Part shown: one piece after another, positions 9,283 through 18,149 of the stretch
How positions within the stretch are numbered: the first letter of the stretch is position 1
How the letters are laid out: every line of letters begins with the position of its first letter
Origin: Deltaproteobacteria bacterium
Lineage (GTDB): Bacteria > UBA10199 > SBBF01
DNA length: 60,869 bases
Direction of reading: 5' to 3'
NCBI GenBank assembly: GCA_016183175.1
Contig: JACPFC010000040.1
Location: 1 to 60,869 of the forward strand
The notes under the pieces: model-generated
What the model saw: the letters and a program-made list of their open reading frames with translations, nothing else
Databases searched by the model: none
Told to the model about the DNA's origin: nothing
Position numbers and translations under genes: made by a program

Positions 9283-10302
9283 ATGAAACTCTCCGACTTC
9301 GATTATTCCTTTCCCCCCGAACTGGTCGCCCAGCATCCCCTTGAAGAACGGGACGCCTCACGCATGATGGTGCTCAATCGCGCAAGCGGTCTGACCGATC
9401 ATCATGTCTTCAAAAATTTTCCCGATTATTTCGAAGAAGGGGATGTCCTGGTTTTGAACAATTCAAAGGTCTTTCCGTGCCGTCTGGTCACCGAACGAAA
9501 AACGGGGGGACGAGTCGAGGTTTTTCTGCTCCGCGAGGTGAAGCCGAAAGTCTGGTCGTGTCTTGTCTCACCCAACAGGCGGATTAGCGCGGGAAGCCTC
9601 TTTCAGTTCTCAGACGATCTGGGAGGGAAGATCCTCGATGAATCCGACGACGTGCGCACAATTCGGTTGTCCTTCGAAAAACCGCTTTTCACCATTCTGG
9701 AAAAAATCGGGCATGTGCCGCTCCCCCCTTATATCGGGCGTCCCGATGATGGGAGCGATTTGACCCGATATCAAACCGTTTACGCCGGACCGACCGGATC
9801 GGTTGCCGCTCCGACAGCCGGGTTTCACTTCACCCCCCCGATCCTCGAGGCGTTAAAGGGGAGGGGGGTTCAAGTGGTCTCGGTCACGCTTCATGTGGGG
9901 ATCGGTACCTTCCTTCCGATCCGGACCGAAACGGTAGAAGAACATCGAATGCATGGTGAATTTTATGGAATATCTGAAGAAGTAACTGATATTATTAATG
10001 AAAATAAGTCACATGGGGGCCGGATATCGGTGGCTGGAACGACAGTTGTTCGGGCCTTGGAGTCAGCTTGGAGTGAGGGGGGAGTTCGACCGGAAGCCGG
10101 TTATACCGAAAAATTCATCCATTCTCCCTATCCTTTCAAAGTGGTTGACCGGCTGTTGACCAATTTTCACCAGCCGAGGTCAACCCTTTTGGTCCTGGTG
10201 TCGGCCTTTGCCGGGAGGGAGGCTGTTTTAAAGGCTTACGAGGAGGCGATCTTGGCGAAGTATCGTCTTTTCAGCTACGGCGATTGCATGTGGATCATTT
10301 AA
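9283..10302 (+). CDS. queA: S-adenosylmethionine:tRNA ribosyltransferase-isomerase
   Basis: Canonical N-terminus MKLSDFDYSFPPELVAQHPLEERDASRMMVL and GHVPLPPYI. 339 aa from ATG 9283. Confidence 0.93.
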   Translation: MKLSDFDYSFPPELVAQHPLEERDASRMMVLNRASGLTDHHVFKNFPDYFEEGDVLVLNNSKVFPCRLVTERKTGGRVEVFLLREVKPKVWSCLVSPNRRISAGSLFQFSDDLGGKILDESDDVRTIRLSFEKPLFTILEKIGHVPLPPYIGRPDDGSDLTRYQTVYAGPTGSVAAPTAGFHFTPPILEALKGRGVQVVSVTLHVGIGTFLPIRTETVEEHRMHGEFYGISEEVTDIINENKSHGGRISVAGTTVVRALESAWSEGGVRPEAGYTEKFIHSPYPFKVVDRLLTNFHQPRSTLLVLVSAFAGREAVLKAYEEAILAKYRLFSYGDCMWII

Positions 10303-10350
10303 ATTTGGGGCCCTTTCGGCCCGGTTGTTGCTACTCGCGTCATGGATTTC

Positions 10351-10374
10351 GCCCGCCAATACTTTGTGGCGGGC
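10351..10374. repeat. hairpin GCCCGCCA-N8-TGGCGGGC (same stem and loop as 11504-11528)
   Basis: Perfect 8-bp stem with loop ATACTTTG. It lies in the structured queA-spoIID spacer. Confidence 0.7.
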
Positions 10375-10550
10375 CAAACCCCGCGCAAATCACCGGCAAA
10401 GCCGGATGATTTGCTTCATTCGCCAAAACTTTGGCGCCCCGGCGGGGGGTTCGCCCCAAAGTTTTTTACTGTTTTTGCCGAATCCTTTTGCCTCCCCCCC
10501 TCCCGACAGGCTATAATTTTAGTTGTTGAGAGAACCGACAAATTGTCTGT

Positions 10551-11498
10551 ATGAAGCAACATCTGTTTCGCTTTCCTGTCTTTCTTTTTCTGATTATTGC
10601 CTCCGCATGCGCCACAACATCTAAAGAAGTAACGCTTCAATCGGGCGTAGAGGGTCCCGTCCTTCAGACGGAGCCGGTTGTGAAGGTTCTTGTCTCGCGC
10701 CGCAGGCGCCACGGGGTTTTGAAAATTCCGATGGAGGATTATCTGGCCGGCGTGATCGGGAGCGAGATGAGTTCGCGCTGGCCGAAAGAGGCGCTGAAGG
10801 CGCAGGCGGTGGCGGCCCGTTCCTATGCCCTCTACCGGATGCAGGAGAACCGGCGGGAAGGGAAAAAGTTCGATGTTGTTGCTACCCAGGCGGATCAGGT
10901 GTTTCGGCACGGCACGTCAAAGAATCCTTATCTTCAGGAAATTGTCGAATCCACCCGGGGGCAGGTTCTGATGAAAGACGGAAAGGTGGTGGAGGCCTTT
11001 TACAGCTCCACCTGCGGGGGACAGCTCCGCTCCGCCCTGATGGCGGGGCTTTCGGCCAGTTCCCCGCTTACCCGTTGTTTAACCGACAATTATTGCAAGG
11101 TCTCCCCCTTTAGGAACTGGATGGTCCGGACGCATGTTGCCGAGATTCAAAAGCGGCTGGGGCGAAAGGGAATTCGCGTGAAAAATCTTACCGAGGTGGA
11201 GGTCGTGGACCGCGACCCCGCCGGCTATGTGACGAAGGTTGCATTAATCGACGACCGCGGCAAACGGGTGGTTATTTCGGGCGAGCGGTTCCGCTACGCC
11301 TTCGGTTCGATGCAGGTCAAGAGCACCCTTTTTGCCTTCACCCATCACAGCCCCACGGTGGACATCACCGGGCACGGCTTTGGCCACGGGGTGGGGATGT
11401 GCCAGTACGGGGCCAAGACAATGGCGGAGCGCCACCGGGGCTACAAAGGGATCCTCTCCAAGTATTATCCGGGAATTTCGGTGGTGAAAATATACTAA
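10551..11498 (+). CDS. SpoIID/LytB domain protein
   Basis: Signal/lipobox (LIIASAC) and the motifs EALKAQAVAARSYALYR, SSTCGG and HGVGMCQYGA. Confidence 0.85.
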   Translation: MKQHLFRFPVFLFLIIASACATTSKEVTLQSGVEGPVLQTEPVVKVLVSRRRRHGVLKIPMEDYLAGVIGSEMSSRWPKEALKAQAVAARSYALYRMQENRREGKKFDVVATQADQVFRHGTSKNPYLQEIVESTRGQVLMKDGKVVEAFYSSTCGGQLRSALMAGLSASSPLTRCLTDNYCKVSPFRNWMVRTHVAEIQKRLGRKGIRVKNLTEVEVVDRDPAGYVTKVALIDDRGKRVVISGERFRYAFGSMQVKSTLFAFTHHSPTVDITGHGFGHGVGMCQYGAKTMAERHRGYKGILSKYYPGISVVKIY

Positions 11499-11503
11499 AA
11501 AAA

Positions 11504-11528
11504 GGCCCGCCATACTTTGTGGCGGGCC
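11504..11528. terminator. bidirectional rho-independent terminator between convergent genes
   Basis: AAAAAAA-GGCCCGCCA-TACTTTG-TGGCGGGCC-TTTG. 9-bp GC stem flanked by an A-run and a T-run. Confidence 0.75.
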
Positions 11529-11557
11529 TTTGTCATTCCATCGCATGCATTCCTGCT

Positions 11558-12304
11558 TTATTCTTCCGAGCAGATCGCATCAGCCGAGGAGACCTCCGTA
11601 TCTTCCAGCTCATCAAAGCTGAAAGAGGTTCCATCCACGCAAACCGTGTCGTCATCGCCAAAATCGGGTTCCGAGGCGTCGCTGGACATGGTGCCCGACA
11701 TGCTGAAGCCGAGGGTGTGTTCTTCGCCGTTGACGGTGAGGGTGATTCCCGAGCAATCCTCGTCGGTGGAGCAGTCAATGGTCATCTCCAGCGATGACTC
11801 GGTTCCCGAGCCTGAAATATCGCAGGTGGCCGTGCCGTCCATCACGACATCGAAGTCGCAAGTGGAACCATCATCCAGTGTCACGCTGGCCGATTCGGTG
11901 CATTCTTCAAAGGTAGCCGTTCCAGTCAGGTCGATCTCGAATGTGGTGTCGTTAACGGTAACCGTTCCGGTTGCGGCATTGGTGATGGTGCCGTCAACGG
12001 TGCAGGCGATTTCAAATTCTTCATCGATCTCGATCGTCTGTTGCTTGATTCTCCCCCGAATGACCGCTTTTACCGCCTCGGCAACGTTTTCGGAGCCGAC
12101 CGCCGAATCGCCGGTTCCACCGGCCAAGGTTCCAAGACCCGCCGAGGCCCCCGTTGCCGCCTCCGAATCACCCGCTTCCGGTGTGGCGCCACTGCCGCCA
12201 GTGCCGCTATCATCACCGCTGTCACTGCCTCCGCACTGAACGAAAGCAACCAGCGGCAGGATCACGAAAACTGCCAATCCCAAGTTTTTCAGAAAATCCT
12301 TCAT
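11558..12304 (-). CDS. acidic lipoprotein, function unknown
   Basis: MKDFLKNLGLAVFVILPLVAFVQCGG (lipobox), a G/S/D linker, then a Cys-containing T/D/E-rich body. Confidence 0.65.
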   Translation of the reverse strand: MKDFLKNLGLAVFVILPLVAFVQCGGSDSGDDSGTGGSGATPEAGDSEAATGASAGLGTLAGGTGDSAVGSENVAEAVKAVIRGRIKQQTIEIDEEFEIACTVDGTITNAATGTVTVNDTTFEIDLTGTATFEECTESASVTLDDGSTCDFDVVMDGTATCDISGSGTESSLEMTIDCSTDEDCSGITLTVNGEEHTLGFSMSGTMSSDASEPDFGDDDTVCVDGTSFSFDELEDTEVSSADAICSEE

Positions 12305-12498
12305 ATTTGTTTCTCCTTAATTTTAGTTTGACGTTTAATCAAATCACTACTTGCCTCTGCAAACTCCGCTCCCAAGCCGCTTCATCCGCCACTGGCGGCG
12401 CGGCTTGGGAACCCTCCTTAATTTTGTTAATTTCCTCCTTGACCCAAGGAGGAGGAAGCTTGCATATCATGAAACAGCATGGTAATCCATTGTAAAAA

Positions 12499-12819
12499 AT
12501 GACGTACGTTGTCACCGAACATTGTACCAAGTGCAAATATACCGACTGCGTGGAGGTCTGCCCTGTGGAGGCCTTTCACGAAGGGCCGGAGATGCTCTAT
12601 ATCAACCCCGACACCTGCATCGACTGCAACGCCTGTGTGCCGGTCTGTCCTGTGGAGGCCATCTATGCGGATGTTCAGGTGCCGGAACGGTACAAATCGT
12701 GGACGCAAATCAACGCCGATGAGTCTAAAATCCGCCCCATCATCGCGCAAAAAAAGGATTCGCTCCCCGGCGCCCTCACGCTGGAGCAATGGAAGGCGAA
12801 AGATGCAAGTGGAGGGTAA
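12499..12819 (+). CDS. fdxA: 7Fe-type ferredoxin
   Basis: CTKCKYTDCVEVCP plus CIDCNACVPVCP cluster-binding patterns at the N-terminus. 106 aa. Confidence 0.9.
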   Translation: MTYVVTEHCTKCKYTDCVEVCPVEAFHEGPEMLYINPDTCIDCNACVPVCPVEAIYADVQVPERYKSWTQINADESKIRPIIAQKKDSLPGALTLEQWKAKDASGG

Positions 12820-12954
12820 AAGTTAACCATAAAATCCAAGGAGGAGGGTTCCCGCCGAGCGCCGACCGAATAGGGAGGATAAAGCGAGACGGGAGCGGAG
12901 GTTGCAAACACAATTGAAGGTTCTAATCAACTCTTAATTAAGGAGGATCGCCAT

Positions 12955-13533
12955 ATGAGCCTGGTTCAAAAAAAGGCCCCCGAGTTCGCGGCCGATGCCG
13001 TGGTGGGGGGCGATTTTAAATCAATCAAACTGTCCGACTATAAGGGGAAGTGGGTGGTGCTTTATTTTTACCCGCTCGATTTCACCTTTGTCTGCCCGAC
13101 GGAAATCACCGCTTTTTCGGATCGCATTCAGGATTTCAGGAAATTAAACGCCGAGGTCATCGGCTGTTCGGTCGACTCCAAATTCACCCATCTGGCCTGG
13201 GTCAACACCCCGCGCAAGGAGGGGGGGCTGGGAAAGATTGAATATCCGCTGTTGGCCGATCTCTCCAAAAAAATCGCCGCCGATTACGGGGTGCTTCTGG
13301 ATGCCGGCATTGCGCTTCGCGGCCTGTTTATTGTCGACCCCGACGGAAACATCGCCTATGAGGTGGTCCACGATCTGGGCATCGGGCGGAATGTGGATGA
13401 GGTGCTTCGCGTGCTGGAGGCCATTCAGACGACAAAAAAGACCGGCGAGGTCTGCCCCGCCAACTGGCAGAAGGGCTCCAAAACCATGAAGCCCGATCCG
13501 CAGAAGTCCAAGGAGTATTTCAAATCGGTTTAA
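12955..13533 (+). CDS. typical 2-Cys peroxiredoxin (AhpC/Tsa type)
   Basis: Peroxidatic FTFVCPTEI and resolving EVCPANW motifs. Strong Shine-Dalgarno AAGGAGG upstream. Confidence 0.92.
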   Translation: MSLVQKKAPEFAADAVVGGDFKSIKLSDYKGKWVVLYFYPLDFTFVCPTEITAFSDRIQDFRKLNAEVIGCSVDSKFTHLAWVNTPRKEGGLGKIEYPLLADLSKKIAADYGVLLDAGIALRGLFIVDPDGNIAYEVVHDLGIGRNVDEVLRVLEAIQTTKKTGEVCPANWQKGSKTMKPDPQKSKEYFKSV

Positions 13534-13534
13534 A

Positions 13535-13562
13535 TTGACAATTCCGGTATTTTTAATATATT
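13535..13562 (+). promoter_or_regulatory. sigma70-type promoter of the AbiE module
   Basis: TTGACA (13535-13540), N16, TATATT (13557-13562). Confidence 0.55.
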
Positions 13563-13597
13563 CTGATTTTACTATTTATTTAATAGTAAAATCAGAA
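13561..13597. promoter_or_regulatory. perfect 16-bp inverted repeat (candidate AbiEi operator)
   Basis: TTCTGATTTTACTATT-TATTT-AATAGTAAAATCAGAA. It ends on the A of the abiEi ATG. Confidence 0.6.
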
Positions 13598-14241
13598 TGA
13601 AAGAAAAAATACTTAAGGATTTAGAATCATTACCCTATTTTACAAAAAGAGCTTTGATGGTCATAGAAAACATCAAGGAAAGGGCTCTTTCTGAAAATAT
13701 TCAGCGTTGGATTCATCACGGATTTCTCATCCGTTTGAAAAATGGTCTTTATGTTACGAAAACCTACGTCGATCGTTCTCTTCATGACACGGGCTATCTG
13801 GAATTAATCGCCAATAAGCTTGTCATGCCTTCCTATTTAAGCCTCGATTATATTTTGCAAAAGAATGGTTTATTAACCGAGGCGACCTATTCCATCACTT
13901 CGGTGACAAGCAAATCAACAAGACAATATACCAATAAGCTGGGGACTTTTACTTATTCCACCCTTCATTCCAAACTGTATTTTGGTTTCAAGAAGGTCAG
14001 TTACGGCAAAAATGCAGTTTATGAAGCTGAAATTTTCAAAGCCCTTTTTGATTATTTTTATTTGCGCCTGGCCGGTACCAATTTGGAAAGTAAAGAGGCG
14101 ATCGAAGAGCTTCGAATTAATTGGGGGAATCTAAATTCGGGGGAGTTTGACAATTTTTGTAAAACAATTGAAAAAAATGGAACAAAAAAAATGGCGAGGA
14201 TAATTCCTTTTTTAAAGGAGGCCTATGAGCACCCTCATTGA
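13597..14241 (+). CDS. AbiEi-like antitoxin/transcriptional regulator
   Basis: GFLIRLKNGLYV and SYLSLDYILQKNGLLTE blocks are typical of AbiEi-type proteins. It overlaps the downstream NTase gene by 17 nt. Confidence 0.7.
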   Translation: MKEKILKDLESLPYFTKRALMVIENIKERALSENIQRWIHHGFLIRLKNGLYVTKTYVDRSLHDTGYLELIANKLVMPSYLSLDYILQKNGLLTEATYSITSVTSKSTRQYTNKLGTFTYSTLHSKLYFGFKKVSYGKNAVYEAEIFKALFDYFYLRLAGTNLESKEAIEELRINWGNLNSGEFDNFCKTIEKNGTKKMARIIPFLKEAYEHPH

Positions 14242-15055
14242 TGATTTGAAAAGTACATGTCAGGAGGGGAAGATTCTCGGCTTAAGGCCCGATGTTTTAC
14301 GAATCAAGCTCAAGGAAAAGTTGCAGTATTATGTTTTGGACTATATCTACAACAGCCAAGCTTACAGTCATCTGACAATGTACGGAGGAACATCCTTGAG
14401 GGTTTGTTTTAATTTGAACAGAATGTCGGAGGATATCGACTTTGAAACGACAAAACCGTTTGACAAAATGAAATTCGCCCAGGACATCAAACAATACTTT
14501 TCAAAAAAAATCCAATATCGCTCTTTGACAACCCATGTTCCAGGAAAAGGGGTGAGCCGTGTTGAATTAAGGTTTCCGCTTCTTCATGAACTTGGTTTAT
14601 CGGCCCACGATGGTGAGAATTTGATTGTCAAAGTCGAGGCGAATACGATCGACAAAAACTACCCCAGCGATTTCAAAACAATTACGGAAGGGCGATTTGG
14701 TTTTGTGGTGAGGCATTACATCCTCCCGGTCCTTATGGCGGGTAAAATACTGGCTTGTCTGGACCGAATTTGGGAAAAAAGCGGGGTAAAAATCAAAGGA
14801 CGGGATTATTACGATTTGATTTGGTACATGCAAAAGGGGGTGATCCCCGACCGGGATTATCTTGCCGATAAAGGGTACACCCGGGAGGAAGCTTTCAAGA
14901 AACTGGGGAAGAAAATAGAGTTAATAAAACCTGGGGATCTTTTGGCGGATTTGATTCCCTTATTTGAAAATCCCGATTTTCCAAAAAATTGGAGTGAGGT
15001 TTTCAAAAGACAATTTGTATCATTGCATGCGCAATATCATTGGTCACGTGATTAA
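14225..15055 (+). CDS. AbiEii/AbiGii-family nucleotidyltransferase toxin
   Basis: The YGGTSLRVCFNLNRMSEDIDFE NTase motif and the size (276 aa) fit type IV TA / abortive-infection AbiEii. Confidence 0.8.
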   Translation: MSTLIDDLKSTCQEGKILGLRPDVLRIKLKEKLQYYVLDYIYNSQAYSHLTMYGGTSLRVCFNLNRMSEDIDFETTKPFDKMKFAQDIKQYFSKKIQYRSLTTHVPGKGVSRVELRFPLLHELGLSAHDGENLIVKVEANTIDKNYPSDFKTITEGRFGFVVRHYILPVLMAGKILACLDRIWEKSGVKIKGRDYYDLIWYMQKGVIPDRDYLADKGYTREEAFKKLGKKIELIKPGDLLADLIPLFENPDFPKNWSEVFKRQFVSLHAQYHWSRD

Positions 15056-15099
15056 ATCCCCCCAACCCCCCTTTGACAAAGGGGGGCGAGGGGGGATTT
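15054..15099. repeat. G6/C6 double-palindrome element, copy 2 (between convergent genes)
   Basis: AAAT-C6-AA-C6-TTTGACAAA-G6-CGA-G6-ATTT followed by TTTATT. It overlaps the abiEii stop codon. Confidence 0.9.
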
Positions 15100-15107
15100 T
15101 TTATTGA

Positions 15108-15764
15108 TCAATTTTTTTCTTTCTCTTCTTCCTTTTTCGCCCACTCCTCGATCGGGCGGTTGAAGATTCCCGACAATTGTTCGTCCACCAGATAGATGTG
15201 GCCGTCCGTCTCGTCGCGGACAAAGGTTGAAAAGATATCAGGCCCCTGTTTTCCCACAAACAGACGGGCCAGTTTTTTCCCTTTCGCGTCGAAGAGGGCC
15301 ACATTCAGCGCCGCATTGGTCAGCTCCAGCGGCCCCTGTTTTTCCGGGTCGTCGGTGACCGGCGTCCCTTTTTTCAACTCCACCAGCGTCGTGATCAGCT
15401 CCTCCACTTTCGATGGCTCGGCCGGAAGTTTCTTCTGCGCTGTCTTTTCGGCTGTTGATTTTTCCTGCTTCCCTTTTTCAGCCGATTTGTTCTTTGCCTC
15501 TTTTTTGTCTGCCTCCTCAATTTTCTTTTGAATTGCGGTTTCCTTGAGCGACACCACCCATTTTCCATCCAGATCCTTTTCAAACCGGGTGCCGTTGACG
15601 AGATATTCAATTTCGATGGCCGCAATGTCCGCTTCTTTCAAATCGGGATAGAAAAGAGATCCCTCTCCCGTGTCAAACCGTTCGTGAAACGGTTTTTCCA
15701 CGATGACGACAACCGTTCCCAAAATAAACACCGCCGCCAGAAGGATGAGAATTTTTTTGGACAT
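15108..15764 (-). CDS. DUF4340-like protein (accessory to GldG-type ABC system)
   Basis: Real start MSKKILILLAAVFILGTVVVIV (ATG 15764, N-terminal TM anchor). It occupies the position downstream of the GldG-like gene that is typical for DUF4340. Confidence 0.6.
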   Translation of the reverse strand: MSKKILILLAAVFILGTVVVIVEKPFHERFDTGEGSLFYPDLKEADIAAIEIEYLVNGTRFEKDLDGKWVVSLKETAIQKKIEEADKKEAKNKSAEKGKQEKSTAEKTAQKKLPAEPSKVEELITTLVELKKGTPVTDDPEKQGPLELTNAALNVALFDAKGKKLARLFVGKQGPDIFSTFVRDETDGHIYLVDEQLSGIFNRPIEEWAKKEEEKEKN

Positions 15765-15768
15765 GTTC

Positions 15769-17316
15769 TTATATATAAATAATCGCCGCTTTCTCCCGTC
15801 TTTTTTTCCTGAGAAAAGCAAGGAGAATGCCGAAGCCGATGACCGCCAGCGGGATTCCCACCATATGCCCGAATTTGATCGCCGATGTCGCAGTGGGGGA
15901 GGGGAGGGCAATCGGCCGCGTTGTCTTGCCTCGCGAGCGGATGCCGATCAACTGATCCCCCAGCGTCAGTCCGTCGAGCAGATTCTGGACAAAGACAAGA
16001 TTCCCCGGATAGTCGGCCACAACGTGATCTTTGATAAACTGCGTATTTGCCGCCGCCACCAACAGCCGTTTTTTATCTTCCTGATTCGGTAGCGGAGCCT
16101 CCACCAGCACTGCGATGGTCTTTTTTCCCGCCTCCCCCTCCTGAAAATTCTCCAGCGCGCCCGGAACCACAATCGGTTCCCCCGCCTGCGTGAGCGCCGC
16201 CTCCGAACTTTGCGCCAGCGGCGTATATTTCCAGCCGGCATGGTCGTCGGGGAACATTTTGAGCGTGTTGGTCCATGGAAAGAGGATGTTTTCCAGCTTG
16301 GCGGTGGCCATGTTCTCGCTGTTTAGCCCCTCGCGCGTCACCTGGACAAAGAAAGGGTACGGGATGGAATATTGCATGATCCCAGAGGTGAAGGTGGCAT
16401 TGGTGTGATTGCGCGGATCGATGATGAGTTGGGCATCGATTTCGATCCCCCTCGTTTTAAGCCACTCCTCCAGCCCCGTCTTGACCCTTGAGGTCTGCAA
16501 ATCGTCTCCCACATTCACCGTTCCCGCCAGGACAACGATGGGAATTCCCTTCTCAAAAAGGTCGTCGAGATTTTTCTTTGCCTTGTCCGGAAAATCACGG
16601 GGATCGACAATAAGCAGGGCGCTGATTTCCGATCGGGCGAGATCGTCGGAGGCCGGATCGAGGCGATCGACGGCAAACCGCCCCTTTAACGCCTCCTCGA
16701 GGCGGGAATAGGGCCCCCGCCCCGGAAGGCCCAGCTGATCGTTTTCGGGGGGAGGAACCACAAGGCCGAGTTTGGGCTCTGCAGAACTGGTCAATTTCAA
16801 AACAGCCGAGGTGAGGTCATACTCCAGATTTTCAACCTTTACGGCCAGCGGGATGACCTCTTTTTTGTCGAGATAAAAAAGGGCCATGCCCATATAGACC
16901 TTCATCACCTCCTGCTTGTCGCGCCGGATGACGTTCAACTGAAGGGGGGGAATGCCGAGCATTTGCGCCTCCATTTCCCTTTCCTGCGATTCCTCCGGCG
17001 TCACCTGAACAATATTGATCTTTCGCCGGGAATAGACCCGGTATTCGTCCAGAAGATCGAAGATCCTCTGCTTTAACGGAGAGAGGCTCGGCGGGATCTC
17101 TTTGCTGAAATAAACCTTGAGTGTCACCGGGTCTTTTAAGTCTTTGAGGACGTTTCGGGTCGATTCGGAGAGGGTGTATTCCTTTTCCTCCGTGAGATCG
17201 GCGCGCAAAAAAAGGCGCGAGAAGAGCACGTTCGCCAGAAAAAGGGCGAGCGCGACAAGACCCACTGTCGCCAATGCCTGAACGCGGTTTCTTTTTTTAT
17301 TTTTTTGATCCATCAT
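15769..17316 (-). CDS. GldG-like ABC-transporter auxiliary protein
   Basis: N- and C-terminal TM anchors flank a large periplasmic domain. The ATGA overlap with the upstream permease stop (17313-17316) suggests translational coupling. Confidence 0.72.
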   Translation of the reverse strand: MMDQKNKKRNRVQALATVGLVALALFLANVLFSRLFLRADLTEEKEYTLSESTRNVLKDLKDPVTLKVYFSKEIPPSLSPLKQRIFDLLDEYRVYSRRKINIVQVTPEESQEREMEAQMLGIPPLQLNVIRRDKQEVMKVYMGMALFYLDKKEVIPLAVKVENLEYDLTSAVLKLTSSAEPKLGLVVPPPENDQLGLPGRGPYSRLEEALKGRFAVDRLDPASDDLARSEISALLIVDPRDFPDKAKKNLDDLFEKGIPIVVLAGTVNVGDDLQTSRVKTGLEEWLKTRGIEIDAQLIIDPRNHTNATFTSGIMQYSIPYPFFVQVTREGLNSENMATAKLENILFPWTNTLKMFPDDHAGWKYTPLAQSSEAALTQAGEPIVVPGALENFQEGEAGKKTIAVLVEAPLPNQEDKKRLLVAAANTQFIKDHVVADYPGNLVFVQNLLDGLTLGDQLIGIRSRGKTTRPIALPSPTATSAIKFGHMVGIPLAVIGFGILLAFLRKKRREKAAIIYI

Positions 17317-18032
17317 GCCTCCCATTTTCGGCTCTCCAGGCTCATGGTGTTAAGAAGAATAAAAAACCCAGCCACGCTCAAGTAATAGAGGATGTCGCGC
17401 AGGTCGATGACGCCGCGCGAAAGGCTTTCAAAATGGGCATAGATGCTGGCCATCGCGAAAAGGGGGCTTAAAAATTCCGGTACGTACATCAGGACGATTT
17501 CGGCCCCCAGAAAATAGAGGATGAAAAGGGCGATGACCGTCAGGATAAACGCCACGATCTGGTTTTCGGTGAGCGACGAAATAAAAAGCCCGATGGCCAG
17601 ATAGGCCCCCGCCGCCAGAAAGAGGCCGGCGTAGCTCCCGATCACCGGGCCCCAGTCGAGGTTTCCCAGAATGCCGACCGTGACGGCCAGCGGCAAGGTC
17701 AAAAGAATCGCCGTCGCCGAAAAGAAAAAAACAGCCAGGAATTTTCCCAGAACGACCTGCGGTTCGGTGATCGGCTGGGTCAAAAGGATTTCAATCGTTC
17801 CCGATTTTTTCTCCTCCGCCCACCTCCCCATGGTCACCGACGGCAGAAAGACGATAAAAAGCACCGGCACCCACGAAAAGAAGGACCGCAGACTCGCCTC
17901 CCCCTGGACAAAAAAGTTAGCGAAAAAGAGCCAGAAGCCCAGGAAAAGAAAAACGGAGATAAAGACATAGGCAATGGGAGAGTGGAAGGTGTCCCGGTAT
18001 TCTTTTTTGGCGATGGTGAGAATGGGGTTCAT
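17313..18032 (-). CDS. ABC-2 type transporter permease
   Basis: Six predicted TM segments and the N-terminus MNPILTIAKKEYRDTFHSPIAYV typical of ABC-2 permeases. ATG 18032 is preferred over TTG 18053, which lies inside the repeat. Confidence 0.8.
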   Translation of the reverse strand: MNPILTIAKKEYRDTFHSPIAYVFISVFLFLGFWLFFANFFVQGEASLRSFFSWVPVLFIVFLPSVTMGRWAEEKKSGTIEILLTQPITEPQVVLGKFLAVFFFSATAILLTLPLAVTVGILGNLDWGPVIGSYAGLFLAAGAYLAIGLFISSLTENQIVAFILTVIALFILYFLGAEIVLMYVPEFLSPLFAMASIYAHFESLSRGVIDLRDILYYLSVAGFFILLNTMSLESRKWEA

Positions 18033-18035
18033 TTG

Positions 18036-18149
18036 GGAAATGTCAAATGACAAAGTTCAAATGTCAAAGGAATGACAAAGTCCAAATGCAAAAAACAAAT
18101 TTGGCATTTGGCATTTGACATTGTTTTTTCCTTTGAAATTTGAAATTTG
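18036..18149. repeat. CAAAKTY-heptad palindromic element, copy A (fills the ATPase-permease spacer)
   Basis: ATGACAAAGTTCAAATGTCAAAGG pairs with CCTTTGAAATTTGAAATTTGTCAT. The inner arms AATGACAAAGTCCAAATGCAAA / TTTGGCATTTGGCATTTGACATT also pair. Confidence 0.85.

Noticed and set aside
11517-12239. 240-aa Ser/Val/Pro-rich plus-strand ORF and the 129-aa ORF 5500-5889(-).
   Set aside because: They are mirror frames of the acidic low-complexity lipoprotein genes on the opposite strand, which have proper signal peptides and lipoboxes.
12469-12495. 8-codon uORF (MKQHGNPL) ending 3 nt before the fdxA ATG, downstream of a CCTCCTT-GACCC-AAGGAGG hairpin.
   Set aside because: It is too short to support from sequence alone. 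It could equally be chance, and the fdxA start itself lacks an obvious Shine-Dalgarno, so I flag it but do not claim it.
15765-15911. Upstream extension of the DUF4340-like ORF.
   Set aside because: It overlaps the 3' end of the GldG-like gene in another frame. The TM anchor starts at ATG 15764.
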